Source of the DNA: an uncultured bacterium
Lineage (GTDB): Bacteria; Oederibacteriota; JAAXVQ01; JAUVAV01
Direction: 5' to 3'
Assembly: GCA_963710755.1 (NCBI GenBank)
Contig: CAVQBK010000003.1
Location: 672,001 to 736,000 of the forward strand
Length of the DNA stretch: 64,000 nt
In this document: positions 18,373 to 27,905 of the stretch, in pieces
Position numbering within the stretch: position 1 is the stretch's first letter
How the letters are laid out: every line of letters begins with the position of its first letter
Notes under the pieces: generated by a model
Told to the model about the DNA's origin: nothing
Seen by the model: the letters and a program-made list of their open reading frames with translations, nothing else
Databases searched by the model: none
Made by a program: the position numbers and the translations under genes

Positions 18373-19839
18373 ATGAGTATAGCTATCATTAATTCCAGCA
18401 AGACCATTAAAACGGAAACGTTGATCATTGGGGCAGTGGAAGGCGCGGCGCCGCAAGGGCTGAATCAGGACGTGGATCAGCAACTGAGCCATTTGCTCGC
18501 CTTGGGCGATCTGAAAGGGAAAAAAGAGGAAGTCACCGTGGTTTATCCCCAGGGGCAGAATGTCAAACGGGTGGTGGTGGTCGGCCTGGGCAAGGAACAA
18601 GAGGTCAGCTTGGAGCTGATTCGCCAAGCCGTGGCCCGGGGTGTGAAAAAAGCCCAGGCCTTGAAAAGTACGCAGGCCACAGTGGACCTGGAAACGTTTT
18701 TGGTGAACCAGCTTGATGTTCAGGCCGTGGCGGAAGCCGTGGCGCTGGCGGCCATGCTCAATCAATACTGTTTTGATACTTATAAACCGGAAAAGGATGC
18801 TCCGCTTAAACTGGCCCTGGCTTTTTCCAAGCCGGAAGCCATAAAGAAAGCCGTGCAATTCGGCCAGACCGTGGCGGAGGGCGCCAATTTCGCCCGCAGC
18901 CTGGGCGACTTGCCGCCCAATGAGCTCTATCCGGAGAGCCTGGCCAAGGCTGCCCAGGCCATGGTGCGTTCACACCCCAACCTGGCCATCAAAGTCATGA
19001 AAAAAGCTGAGTTGGAGAAAGCCGGCTTTCGGGCTTTGCTGGCGGTTGGTCAGGGCAGCGTCCATCCGCCGGTGTTCATGGAATTGACCTATCAGGGCGG
19101 CAAGGCCGGTCAAAAGCCGATTGTGCTGGTGGGCAAGGGCATCACCTTTGATTCCGGCGGCATCTCACTCAAGCCAAGTGCGCAAATGGATGAAATGCGG
19201 TTTGACATGTGCGGCGCGGCCGCGGTGTTGGGCGTGCTTAAGGCGGCCTCGGAACTCAAGCTGCCCCTTAACCTGATCGGTATGATCTCGTCAGCGGAAA
19301 ACCTGCCCTCCGGCAGTGCTTACCGGCCTGGCGACATTGTCCGCTCCCTTTCCGGTAAAACCATTGAGGTCCTCAATACGGATGCCGAAGGCCGGGTAGT
19401 GCTGGCTGATGCGCTTCACCAGGCCACCCAGCGTCGGCCGGAATGCATTGTGGATTTTGCCACTCTGACCGGCGCGGTGGTCGTGGCCTTGGGCCATGTG
19501 GCAGCCGGACTGGTGACCAATCAGGACAGCCTGGGCCAGGAACTGCTGAGCGCGGGCCAAGCATCGGGTGAGCGCTTGTGGCAGCTGCCCCTGTGGGATG
19601 AGTACCGTGAGCTGATGAAAAGTGATGTGGCCGATGTGGCCAATATCAGCAAGGATCGTAGTGCCGGTACCATTACCGGCGGCGTATTTTTGGAGAAGTT
19701 TGTGAACAATATCGCCTGGGCCCATCTGGACATTGCCGGTACGGCCTGGGGACAGAAGAACGCGCTTTACGGCAAAGGCGTGACCGGAGCCGGTGTGCGC
19801 GTGGTCATGGACTGGCTGCGCTCCAAAATAAAAAAATAG
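18373..19839 (+). CDS. pepA: leucyl aminopeptidase (M17)
   Basis: GKGITFDSGG, DMCGAA, NTDAEGR, ATLTGA, WAHLDIAG. Confidence 0.97.
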   Translation: MSIAIINSSKTIKTETLIIGAVEGAAPQGLNQDVDQQLSHLLALGDLKGKKEEVTVVYPQGQNVKRVVVVGLGKEQEVSLELIRQAVARGVKKAQALKSTQATVDLETFLVNQLDVQAVAEAVALAAMLNQYCFDTYKPEKDAPLKLALAFSKPEAIKKAVQFGQTVAEGANFARSLGDLPPNELYPESLAKAAQAMVRSHPNLAIKVMKKAELEKAGFRALLAVGQGSVHPPVFMELTYQGGKAGQKPIVLVGKGITFDSGGISLKPSAQMDEMRFDMCGAAAVLGVLKAASELKLPLNLIGMISSAENLPSGSAYRPGDIVRSLSGKTIEVLNTDAEGRVVLADALHQATQRRPECIVDFATLTGAVVVALGHVAAGLVTNQDSLGQELLSAGQASGERLWQLPLWDEYRELMKSDVADVANISKDRSAGTITGGVFLEKFVNNIAWAHLDIAGTAWGQKNALYGKGVTGAGVRVVMDWLRSKIKK

Positions 19840-19853
19840 GGGATGACGGGCGG

Positions 19854-19888
19854 TTGACAAGCGCCTGTTACGATGTATACTATACATC
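19854..19888 (+). promoter_or_regulatory. vapBC promoter with overlapping palindromic operator
   Basis: TTGACA-16nt-TATACT; perfect inverted repeat GATGTATA-C-TATACATC (19872-19888) over the -10. Confidence 0.75.
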
Positions 19889-19905
19889 ATTGGAGGTGAG
19901 GCCGG

Positions 19906-20163
19906 ATGCACCGCACGCAAATCTATCTTTCGGACGCGCAACTGCTTTATTTGCATAATTTGAGCAGAAAACGTCAAAAAAAACTATCGGAACTGATTCG
20001 GGAAGCTATTGACCAATACTATGTCATTGAAAAACAGCAGGACGTGTCCCATGCCATTGATGCTGTTTTTGGGCTCTGGTCCAATCGCCGGGATTTACCT
20101 GATACGGGAACCTACCTGCGTGAATTACGTAAATCCGTCCGTTTGAAGCGGATGAAGCGATGA
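19906..20163 (+). CDS. vapB: CopG/RHH-type antitoxin
   Basis: MHRTQIYL...SELIREAID ribbon-helix-helix; ATGA overlap with a PIN gene. Confidence 0.85.
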   Translation: MHRTQIYLSDAQLLYLHNLSRKRQKKLSELIREAIDQYYVIEKQQDVSHAIDAVFGLWSNRRDLPDTGTYLRELRKSVRLKRMKR

Positions 20164-20540
20164 AGAAAATTTTACTGGATAGCGATATCATCATTGAAAT
20201 TCTTAGGCGAAATCAAAAAATCGCCGATGGACTTAAGCGCATGGCCGCCAAGAATGTCCGTTTGTTTTTTTCTCCTGTGGTGTTGGCGGAAGTCAGGGCC
20301 GGTATGCGGCCTAAAGAAAAAGAAGCGACCATGGGCTTTTTTGATGCCTTGGAGTGCATCCCCATCAGCCGGGAAATTGGAGAAAAAGCGGGTCGGTATT
20401 TAAATCAATATCACCGGAGTCACGGCGTGGAATTGGGAGATGCGCTTATTGCGGCGTCGGCTTTTTCAGAAGCCACTTCCTTATTGACCCTTAATCGAAA
20501 ACACTATCCCATGAAAGATATTCATTTACTTATCCTTTAA
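20160..20540 (+). CDS. vapC: PIN-domain toxin
   Basis: LLDSDII, AEV, DALIAA, TLNRKHY. Confidence 0.92.
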   Translation: MKKILLDSDIIIEILRRNQKIADGLKRMAAKNVRLFFSPVVLAEVRAGMRPKEKEATMGFFDALECIPISREIGEKAGRYLNQYHRSHGVELGDALIAASAFSEATSLLTLNRKHYPMKDIHLLIL

Positions 20541-20546
20541 CCCGGC

Positions 20547-21743
20547 CTAACTGGAATTCTGTAGGGGTGATATCCATCTCTGGAAATTGATCTCCTTATC
20601 CAATCCTTCGAACCCTTTTTCACTAATTGTAATATCCGCATTTTCCAAAATTTTCCTAATGCCATTATCTTTGATATCACAATAGAATATTTTGGTATTA
20701 TTCTTCAATGTTTTTTGAAAAAGAGCAATGGCATGCGGATCTGTTCGGGGGAACCCGTATCCTATAATCAGGCACCATGACGCCCTTTCGAGAATGCTTT
20801 GACCTGCTTCCCACTGCAGGTTAATCGTCCGGCGGACATGATTGTCACGATTGGGATCATCAGGTTCATTATGAACTTCCACTTTTGTATAAGTCGGCGG
20901 CACCATTAGCGGCTGAGTATACGCCCCACATCTTTTATACTGCGGTTCAATCCCATTGGGATGATAAACATTTAAAGGTACTGGCTTAGAATCACTCCAA
21001 TTTAAGCTGCCGTGCAGTTTGATAAGCTTGGTACGCGTTTGTTCTAATGGTTCCGGAAATTTATACCAGTAAGGAATATTTAATCTATCCAAAGCTTTTT
21101 CCGCAAAAAGATCATAATTGGTCGTGAGAATATCAAACTCAACCTTCTCATCGTTTAGGCACCTAAACAACTTCTGAAACGAACAGTTTTGATCATTTGG
21201 CGATGTTGAGTAAATTTTATAAATTAAATACCTGAATTCAACATCCGCATCTCCGCAAAAAAAATGAGGGTGCCGCTCAGGCCGGGTCTGATTGCACGGC
21301 GCGCGTCGTCCCAGAGCGAGGTACTCCTTCTCCAGCCCACAAAATAAATCGAGATAAGTATAATAATTAAATTTTCCGAACTCGCTTATAAATCCAGGTT
21401 CACCCAGCATCCGAACCAATTCGGATTCAATCTTCTTTAAGTATTTGTCTTTGGTAATTTGTGCAAATTGACCCCATTGATGGGCCAAATTGAAAAACGA
21501 CCAGGTTTTTTCCATGGATTTAAGCGTTGGCAGATGCCGGCGCAACAGGCAGAGCGCCGGGTAGGCCTCTTCGTCGAGTGTGACTTCCTCCCAAAAAGTC
21601 GCATCAATCGGAAAATGCCCGTCACTTTTGACGGTTAAATGGATTCCGCTTTCTTTCAATTTATCTTTATCACATTCCAATCCCGATCCCTTGGTGGCAC
21701 CGGAACCAAAAAATATCGCGAGCCGTTCAGTCATATCCAACAC
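20547..21743 (-). CDS. SIR2-like (SIR2_2) protein
   Basis: FFGSGA, TTNYD, KLHGSLNW, VPPT, IIGYGF. Confidence 0.85.
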   Translation of the reverse strand: MLDMTERLAIFFGSGATKGSGLECDKDKLKESGIHLTVKSDGHFPIDATFWEEVTLDEEAYPALCLLRRHLPTLKSMEKTWSFFNLAHQWGQFAQITKDKYLKKIESELVRMLGEPGFISEFGKFNYYTYLDLFCGLEKEYLALGRRAPCNQTRPERHPHFFCGDADVEFRYLIYKIYSTSPNDQNCSFQKLFRCLNDEKVEFDILTTNYDLFAEKALDRLNIPYWYKFPEPLEQTRTKLIKLHGSLNWSDSKPVPLNVYHPNGIEPQYKRCGAYTQPLMVPPTYTKVEVHNEPDDPNRDNHVRRTINLQWEAGQSILERASWCLIIGYGFPRTDPHAIALFQKTLKNNTKIFYCDIKDNGIRKILENADITISEKGFEGLDKEINFQRWISPLQNSS

Positions 21744-21776
21744 CTGTTTTCTCTCTTACGAGATGTTGTGTTTAGC

Positions 21777-21927
21777 CTGTTTTTGCAAGGCTTTGATCTT
21801 TTCCTTGGCTTTTTTAATATTATCTTTGACGCCGGGATAAACCGGGGCCAGCGTGAGCGTATCATTCCAATTGGCAATGGCCTGTTTGTACTCCGCCTGG
21901 GTGTATTGCCCGATGCCTTTGATGTAG
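21777..21927 (-). repeat. diverged direct copy of the 3' end of the PorV-TPR gene (22720-22870); explains ORF 21756..21992
   Basis: Manual alignment: 151 nt, 19 mismatches, no indels; stop TAG changed to CAG. Confidence 0.93.
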
Positions 21928-22026
21928 TGAAAAAAATGATGCCAGCCCCTGGATTTCCACAACAACCATAATGTATTTATTTTTAATTTCACATTACCCG
22001 CTGTACACCCCCAACATAATGAAATT

Positions 22027-22584
22027 TTATTTCCCGGCCCAGCTCAAGTGATAAATCCATTTATTTTTATTGCTGAAATCGACTTTAGTGTTTATGTTCT
22101 TAACACCCGTCATTTCCATGACAGCAGTTAAATAACCTTTTTGCATGGTTAAAAAAAGTTCTGGTATATCTGGATAGTCTTCGATAATGAAATCGCATGA
22201 GTGATTATCCTGGCTTTTTGTCATATAAGCTTTGCCAACACTGTGAATGGTCTTCCAAACCCTGGCTGCTTGATTAATGACAAAATCAGGCTTAGCAAAG
22301 CGAAATAGAAACTTATACACACCTTTCATTTGATCCTGAGCCATTGATGCACAGAAATTTATAATTCTTTTCTCAAGTACTTCATTGGGGTATTAAATTT
22401 CGGTTCCCAACACACAAGTTTTAACTGCAAATTCAATTGATGTCCAAGAAACATACGTTACCGTTTGCAACCGCTCTTGCTCTTCAGTTGATAATTTATC
22501 CAAAATAGTTTCCCAAGCATCTTGTCCTTTTGCTTTTAATAAATTCCTTAAATAAACTGAACCCGCTCCTTTGATATCACCCAT
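22027..22584 (-). pseudogene. hypothetical gene (DUF2378/V4R-like appearance) split by one in-frame TAA
   Basis: ORFs 22393..22584 and 22027..22344 share a frame; the 16 codons between are open (GTEI*YPNEVLEKRIINFCASMAQD); AAGGAG RBS. Confidence 0.8.
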
Positions 22585-22719
22585 AATGATCTCCTTAGAA
22601 AAACTTCTTTAAATCAGTTATCGGTTAAATTCACAAAATTGCAACATTATCATCAATGAAAGTGAATGGGCTTGCATGCTTACCTTATTTTTGAACTCAA
22701 GTGCCTGGCACCATCACCC

Positions 22720-24630
22720 CTATTTTTGCAAAGCCTTGATTTTTTCCTTGGCCTTTTTGATATTGTCTTTGGCGCCGGGATAAGCCGGGTCCAGGGTAAG
22801 CGCATCCTCCCAGTTGGCAATGGCCTGTTTATACTCCGCCTGGGTGTATTGTCCGATGCCTTTAATGTAGAGTTCCTTGGCCTTACGTTCAAACTTATCG
22901 ACGTGGTTATGGAGCAAGCTCAAAGCTTGGGAGTGCTTGGGGGATAAGGCCAGCACTTGGTGCAAATGACCGGCTGCGCGAATCAAGTCATTGGCAGCTA
23001 AATAATTCCGGGCAGCTTGCAGCAAGTCATTCACTTTGTCTTCCAACAGGTTCAGCGCCTGTTTTAATATCTTTCGGGTTTGCTGATGATGAGGCGCGAT
23101 TTTCAACACCCGATCCCATTGCTTAATGGCTTCCCGGTAAGCGCCCTTTTCAAAAGCTTTTAGCCCTGCCAGGTAATATTCGCGGATTCTTGGGTCTTTG
23201 AAGCTTTTACCGGTCTTGGTCATTTGGACCCTGGTTTTTTTCAGCATCTTTTTGGCTTCTTTATGATCCTTGTCAATGGTGAGCACCGCCTGGCAGGCCA
23301 GCAAGGCATCGGCCCAGCGCATTTGCTTGTAGGCTTTTTTAGCAACAGCCAGTTCTTTGGCAATGGTTTGTTGGTTAAAGGTGGTCTGGATGGCGGCCAG
23401 TTCCTTGGTGGCTTCAAGATTGTTTTCATCCATCAGCAGGATCCGCTGGTACTCCTCCATGGCATCCTGGTACTGGTGCTGTTTGGCAAAACGGGCGGCT
23501 TTTTTCAGACGATGCGCCACTTCCTGTTGCTGCTCCTGTTGGCGCAAGCCCTGAGTGGCTTCCTTGACGCCGGACGCGGCTACCGGGTCATTGGGCATGA
23601 AGGTGAGCACTTTTTGGAAGGCATCAATGGCCTGGGCATAGGCCTTATCGATCAAAGCCCGTTGGCCTTTTTCCCGGGCTTGAAGGATCAAGTCTCTTTT
23701 TTCATTAGCCAAGGCGCGGCCGCCGCCAAAAAACATGGTCAAACTGGCCCGGTGGCCATAGCCCAGATCGCCTTGAGCAATGAGGGCGTAATCCAGCTGG
23801 TAACCTTGGATGTTGAACCCCAGGCCTGTTCGCAGGCCTGAGAGTTGATCGAGGCCTTCATTTTCCGGGCGCCACGTATAACCGGCCCGAAGGGCAAATA
23901 AATTGTGGTACCAGTATTCCATGCCCAGGCTATAGGTAAACCAGCCCGGCAGGGTTCTGCTCACATCGGCTGTCACATTGAAACTGTCCTGGAAAAAATG
24001 CAAGGCGCCCCCCACCCGGGCGGTTAAGGGTAGGGGATAGCCTGCGACCGGTATCCCGGCACGCAGCAGCGAGGCCCCCAGGGACCACCAGGCACCTTCC
24101 GGCTTGTAGAGCACCCCCAGATCGGCAAAGCCGGTGAGGTAAGTCACATCATCCAATTGCTCCTGAGCAAAGTTAAGCGTAGCACCTAGGGCCAGCCCGG
24201 GCTGCAAAGGATAGGCAAAGGCCAGGCCGGTCATGAGGCTGTAGGGCCGGAAGCCCTCGCCCACCAAAAGCCCGTCGTCATCGCGCCGCAACTGAATATC
24301 GGAATTCAAATAAGTGGCCTGAAAGCCCAGCATGCCGTCCCACACAGGATAGCAGGCAGCTAGAAATTCCTGACGCAAATTCACCAGCCACTGGTTATGC
24401 ATGAAGGCCACTTGGGCATCAGGCAAAAGACCGAGGCCGGCCGGATTCCATGACAAGGCGCTCACGTCGTCAGCCAGGCCGGTGAAAGCCTCGCCCATTG
24501 CTACAGCGCGCGGCCCCATGGGCAGCTCCAAAAAGGCCATGGCTTGCCGGGCTGCCGGGCGGTCACCGGCGTAGAGCTTCACGGGCCAGCAGCAAAGCAA
24601 AAGGGCGAGCAGCAGGATTAATCGTTTCAT
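22720..24630 (-). CDS. PorV/PorQ-family beta-barrel fused to TPR repeats
   Basis: Signal peptide; GPRAVAMGEA...WNPAGL; DYAL..GDLGYGHR; C-terminal spaced TPRs. Confidence 0.87.
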   Translation of the reverse strand: MKRLILLLALLLCCWPVKLYAGDRPAARQAMAFLELPMGPRAVAMGEAFTGLADDVSALSWNPAGLGLLPDAQVAFMHNQWLVNLRQEFLAACYPVWDGMLGFQATYLNSDIQLRRDDDGLLVGEGFRPYSLMTGLAFAYPLQPGLALGATLNFAQEQLDDVTYLTGFADLGVLYKPEGAWWSLGASLLRAGIPVAGYPLPLTARVGGALHFFQDSFNVTADVSRTLPGWFTYSLGMEYWYHNLFALRAGYTWRPENEGLDQLSGLRTGLGFNIQGYQLDYALIAQGDLGYGHRASLTMFFGGGRALANEKRDLILQAREKGQRALIDKAYAQAIDAFQKVLTFMPNDPVAASGVKEATQGLRQQEQQQEVAHRLKKAARFAKQHQYQDAMEEYQRILLMDENNLEATKELAAIQTTFNQQTIAKELAVAKKAYKQMRWADALLACQAVLTIDKDHKEAKKMLKKTRVQMTKTGKSFKDPRIREYYLAGLKAFEKGAYREAIKQWDRVLKIAPHHQQTRKILKQALNLLEDKVNDLLQAARNYLAANDLIRAAGHLHQVLALSPKHSQALSLLHNHVDKFERKAKELYIKGIGQYTQAEYKQAIANWEDALTLDPAYPGAKDNIKKAKEKIKALQK

Positions 24631-27600
24631 TTGATCACCGTCAAGCGGCCCGCAGGAAAGCGGTGAGTCTCATTATGTTGATCGCGGGCTGTAATGATAA
24701 ACAGGTAAACCCCAGGGGCCACGCCGGAGACCTGCCAGACATGGTTGTTGTAAGTATTGCCTTTACCCTGGCCTTCCCAATCCCAGACCAACCGGCCGCT
24801 TTGGTTGTATACCCGGATAAGCACCGTGCTGTCTTCGTCAAGCCAGTAGAGAAAAGTTAATTGATCCTGACGGCAGGGATTGGGATAGCTGATGGCTTCA
24901 TTTTGGCTGATCAGCGGTTCCAACACGAAATCAGCCCGATCGCCGGGCGTAAGGTTGGTCATGGTCAGGCTTTTTAGGCCAGTGGCCGAAGCCTTGACAT
25001 CATAGGATCCCGAGGCGAGGCCGTTCAGGATAAAAGCACCGCTTTGGTCTGTGCTGACCTGCTGCACCGGTTGGGTAGAGCCGTGGCTGTAGAGTTTAAT
25101 CTGGGCGTGGCCCACCACGCGGTTGCCTCTACTTTTAACGCTGCCGGCAATGGTGGTGTTCTGAACAATAATCACGTTCTGATTGAAGGTGGAACCACCC
25201 AGGGTAACGAATGTTTGGGTGTTGGCCAGAGCATAATCTTCATGAGTGGCGGTGATGGTGTATAAGCCGGAGTGCAAACCGCTGACCGTGTAATTACCAT
25301 TTTGGTCGGTCATGGTGTAATGCAAGGGCAGGGGGTTGTTGGCCTGGGACAAGGCCACGAAAGCCAAGGGAACGGGTGCACCCAACTGATCTTTAATGGT
25401 GCCTTTGACCGTACCCCCGAGGCGCATGATAAATTCTTTATATTCGGTTTGGGGGGCGGCTTCCACCGTAATGTTCAATGCCGGTTCCACGGCCACATTG
25501 GAACCCAGCATGGCCGTGAACATGGCCTGGCCGGCATAGTTGCCGGGTGGGAGCATTAAATTGTAATTGCCCCATTGATCAGCCGTGGTATAGGCCGTCA
25601 TGCTGCTGTTCCAGAACACCACCCAGCTGTTGGCCATGCGGTTGCCGTACTCATCGCGCACGGTGCCGTAAACCTTGGCGCCGTCGCCGGTGAGGTGGAA
25701 ATTTTGTTGGACCGTCTGACCCGGTGTGGAAAGGATGGTCCGGCTTTGGGCGCCGGCGCCGCCGGCTTCATCCACAGCCGGCAAGACCACGACCGTATAA
25801 TTTCCGGACTCCAGTCCTTCCAGCCGGTAATAGCCCCCGAAATCCGTAAAGGCTTGCTTGGCGAAAAAGGGCATGGACGCCAAAAGGCCGCTGGGTTTGA
25901 TGGCCAGCAACTGCACGCCCACGGCGGAATTGCCGCTGGCATCAACCACAATGCCCTCAATCACCCCGCCCGCTGGCAGGGTCACATTGGCATAGTCCGC
26001 CTGCCCGGCGGTCAGATGAAATTTTCCATAACTGGATTGATAGTTGCCTTCGTTACCGGGGATGATGATTTGCAGATAATCATTGGCCGGCAGGGATTGC
26101 AGTTGGTAAAGCCCATTGTTGTCCTGAAATTCATTCCCCAGTCCCAGTTCGGCATTAAAGGCCACCGCCATGCCGGAGGTGATGGGCTGGTTGCTGGTGT
26201 TCATCACGTAGCCAAAACGCATGCCGCCGGTGGGTAATTTGATCAGCTGTTGTTTGGTTTCATTTTCCGCCACGGTCAGGCCTTTAACCACGGCCTGGGC
26301 ATTGATGGTGTTGCTCGCCGGCGGCTGCACGGCCAGGGTGTAACTTTGATAAGGCGATAGGCCGTCTACTTGGAAATAGCCCAGGCTGTTGGAATAAATC
26401 TCGCGGAAAAGATCTTCAAAGGGATATTGCAAGTCCAGGGAGACCCGGATCTCGGCATTGCTGACCGGCTGGTTGAGGTGATCAACGATAATCCCGGCCA
26501 GTTTGCCTCCGGCCTGGAGGGTCACATTGCGGGTGATGATGACCGCGGGCAGAATTTTAATGCCACTGATTTGGGCACTCTGTAAATTTTGGCCTTGTTG
26601 GGGTACAATGGAAAGCGCATATTGACCCAGGTCCACGCCGCTTAAGGTATAATTACCGCTGCTGTCGGTGACCGTGTATTTACGATTGTTGCTGTTGCCG
26701 TTGGCCGGGAAAACGGTAACTTGGGCATTGTTCACCGGTTGGCCTTGATAATCATTGACCTGGCCCTGCAGGCTGCCGCCGGCCATGAGGGCAAAATCGA
26801 TCATGGCGGTGGTGTTTTGATCTGTGACCTCCACGCTGAAGCGGTAACCATCGGCATAACCGGCCGGTGCGGACACCACCACATTGTAAGGTTCAGGGAA
26901 CAAATGCTGGTGGCTATAAAAGCCGCTGCCATCGGTGATGGCGGAAACCCGAAACTGGTAGTCATCGCTGGCCGCCAATTGGAAATTGACCATGGCTCCG
27001 GCCACCGGCAGCCCGCTGTCCGCATAAACGACGGTGCCTGAAATACCACCGCCCTTGAATAAAAAGAAATTATTGCCGCCGTAGGCCAGCTGATCCTGGA
27101 CCGTAAGTACCAGGGACTTGCTGGGCGCGTGGCTTAAATCTTCGGCGCGCAGCCGTATCAAGCCCGGCGGTTGGTATAGCTGATAAGAGCCGTCACTCTG
27201 GGTGTAAATTTGTGTCCAGGAGGTATGGGTGGGATCGTTTTCCGCGGTGATGGTCACCCCTGCCAGCGGCATTCCGCTGTCGTGATCATAGACATAGCCG
27301 GACAGTTGCGCCCCTACATAAAGCCCGGCTTGATAATGGTTGACGCTGTTATCCACCCAAGCCACTTCACTGTCACGATAGGGCGCAAAGGCCGTTTGGC
27401 TGACCTGGATATAATGGTAGCCGCCGCTGAGGGTCAAATTGCTTAAATAAAAAAAGCCCGAATTGTCGGTGACCGTGGAGTTGCCCCAAGCATCGACTTC
27501 CACATAAGCTCCGGCGCAAGGTGTGTTGTGGGTGGCATCCATGACCACGCCTGTGACATCAAACAGGGCCAGGGCTGGGCGGGTGCTGAAGAGCAGCAAT

Positions 27601-27641
27601 AACAGCGGGAGATAAAGGTGTTTTGGGTTAACTATTTTCAT
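24627..27641 (-). CDS. secreted carboxypeptidase-regulatory-like (Ig-fold) repeat protein with a T9SS-type C-terminal sorting domain
   Basis: Signal peptide; repeated G.V.D..G.P...TD..G.Y...G.Y units; C-terminal SYPNP...VYNQSGRLV...APGVYL...IK. Confidence 0.87.
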   Translation of the reverse strand: MKIVNPKHLYLPLLLLLFSTRPALALFDVTGVVMDATHNTPCAGAYVEVDAWGNSTVTDNSGFFYLSNLTLSGGYHYIQVSQTAFAPYRDSEVAWVDNSVNHYQAGLYVGAQLSGYVYDHDSGMPLAGVTITAENDPTHTSWTQIYTQSDGSYQLYQPPGLIRLRAEDLSHAPSKSLVLTVQDQLAYGGNNFFLFKGGGISGTVVYADSGLPVAGAMVNFQLAASDDYQFRVSAITDGSGFYSHQHLFPEPYNVVVSAPAGYADGYRFSVEVTDQNTTAMIDFALMAGGSLQGQVNDYQGQPVNNAQVTVFPANGNSNNRKYTVTDSSGNYTLSGVDLGQYALSIVPQQGQNLQSAQISGIKILPAVIITRNVTLQAGGKLAGIIVDHLNQPVSNAEIRVSLDLQYPFEDLFREIYSNSLGYFQVDGLSPYQSYTLAVQPPASNTINAQAVVKGLTVAENETKQQLIKLPTGGMRFGYVMNTSNQPITSGMAVAFNAELGLGNEFQDNNGLYQLQSLPANDYLQIIIPGNEGNYQSSYGKFHLTAGQADYANVTLPAGGVIEGIVVDASGNSAVGVQLLAIKPSGLLASMPFFAKQAFTDFGGYYRLEGLESGNYTVVVLPAVDEAGGAGAQSRTILSTPGQTVQQNFHLTGDGAKVYGTVRDEYGNRMANSWVVFWNSSMTAYTTADQWGNYNLMLPPGNYAGQAMFTAMLGSNVAVEPALNITVEAAPQTEYKEFIMRLGGTVKGTIKDQLGAPVPLAFVALSQANNPLPLHYTMTDQNGNYTVSGLHSGLYTITATHEDYALANTQTFVTLGGSTFNQNVIIVQNTTIAGSVKSRGNRVVGHAQIKLYSHGSTQPVQQVSTDQSGAFILNGLASGSYDVKASATGLKSLTMTNLTPGDRADFVLEPLISQNEAISYPNPCRQDQLTFLYWLDEDSTVLIRVYNQSGRLVWDWEGQGKGNTYNNHVWQVSGVAPGVYLFIITARDQHNETHRFPAGRLTVIK

Positions 27642-27905
27642 GCCACCACCGAACCGCCGGCTAACGTAAGCTCTGCCAACGTCATTGTGGACCGTCATAA
27701 CAGCCCTGAGGAGTATCGGTCATTTAACCATCAGGATAACAGGAGATGTAAAAAAGGATATGGACTTTTACGGGCAATGCTTAAGTGCCGTACCCTGGGC
27801 TTGTCGTGGTGACCGGGAAAAAGCATTGAAGCTCAGGCAGGGAGTAGCCGTAACTCTATTCAGCATTAGGGCAGAGATTTTTCAACGTGGAAAGGGAGAG
27901 AGCAT

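Noticed and set aside
18109-18858. Long antisense/overlapping ORFs (also 2975..3709, 19291..19977, 23224..23841, 25575..26237, 36186..36896, 43082..43762)
   Set aside because: Shadow frames of well-supported genes, with no recognisable motifs
21756-21992. 78-aa ORF as an independent gene
   Set aside because: Mostly the duplicated gene tail with an unrelated short N-terminus; treated as a remnant
21777-22870. Repeat pair as a diversity-generating retroelement TR/VR
   Set aside because: Mismatches are not confined to adenines of either copy (mostly synonymous transitions), and no reverse transcriptase is in the window
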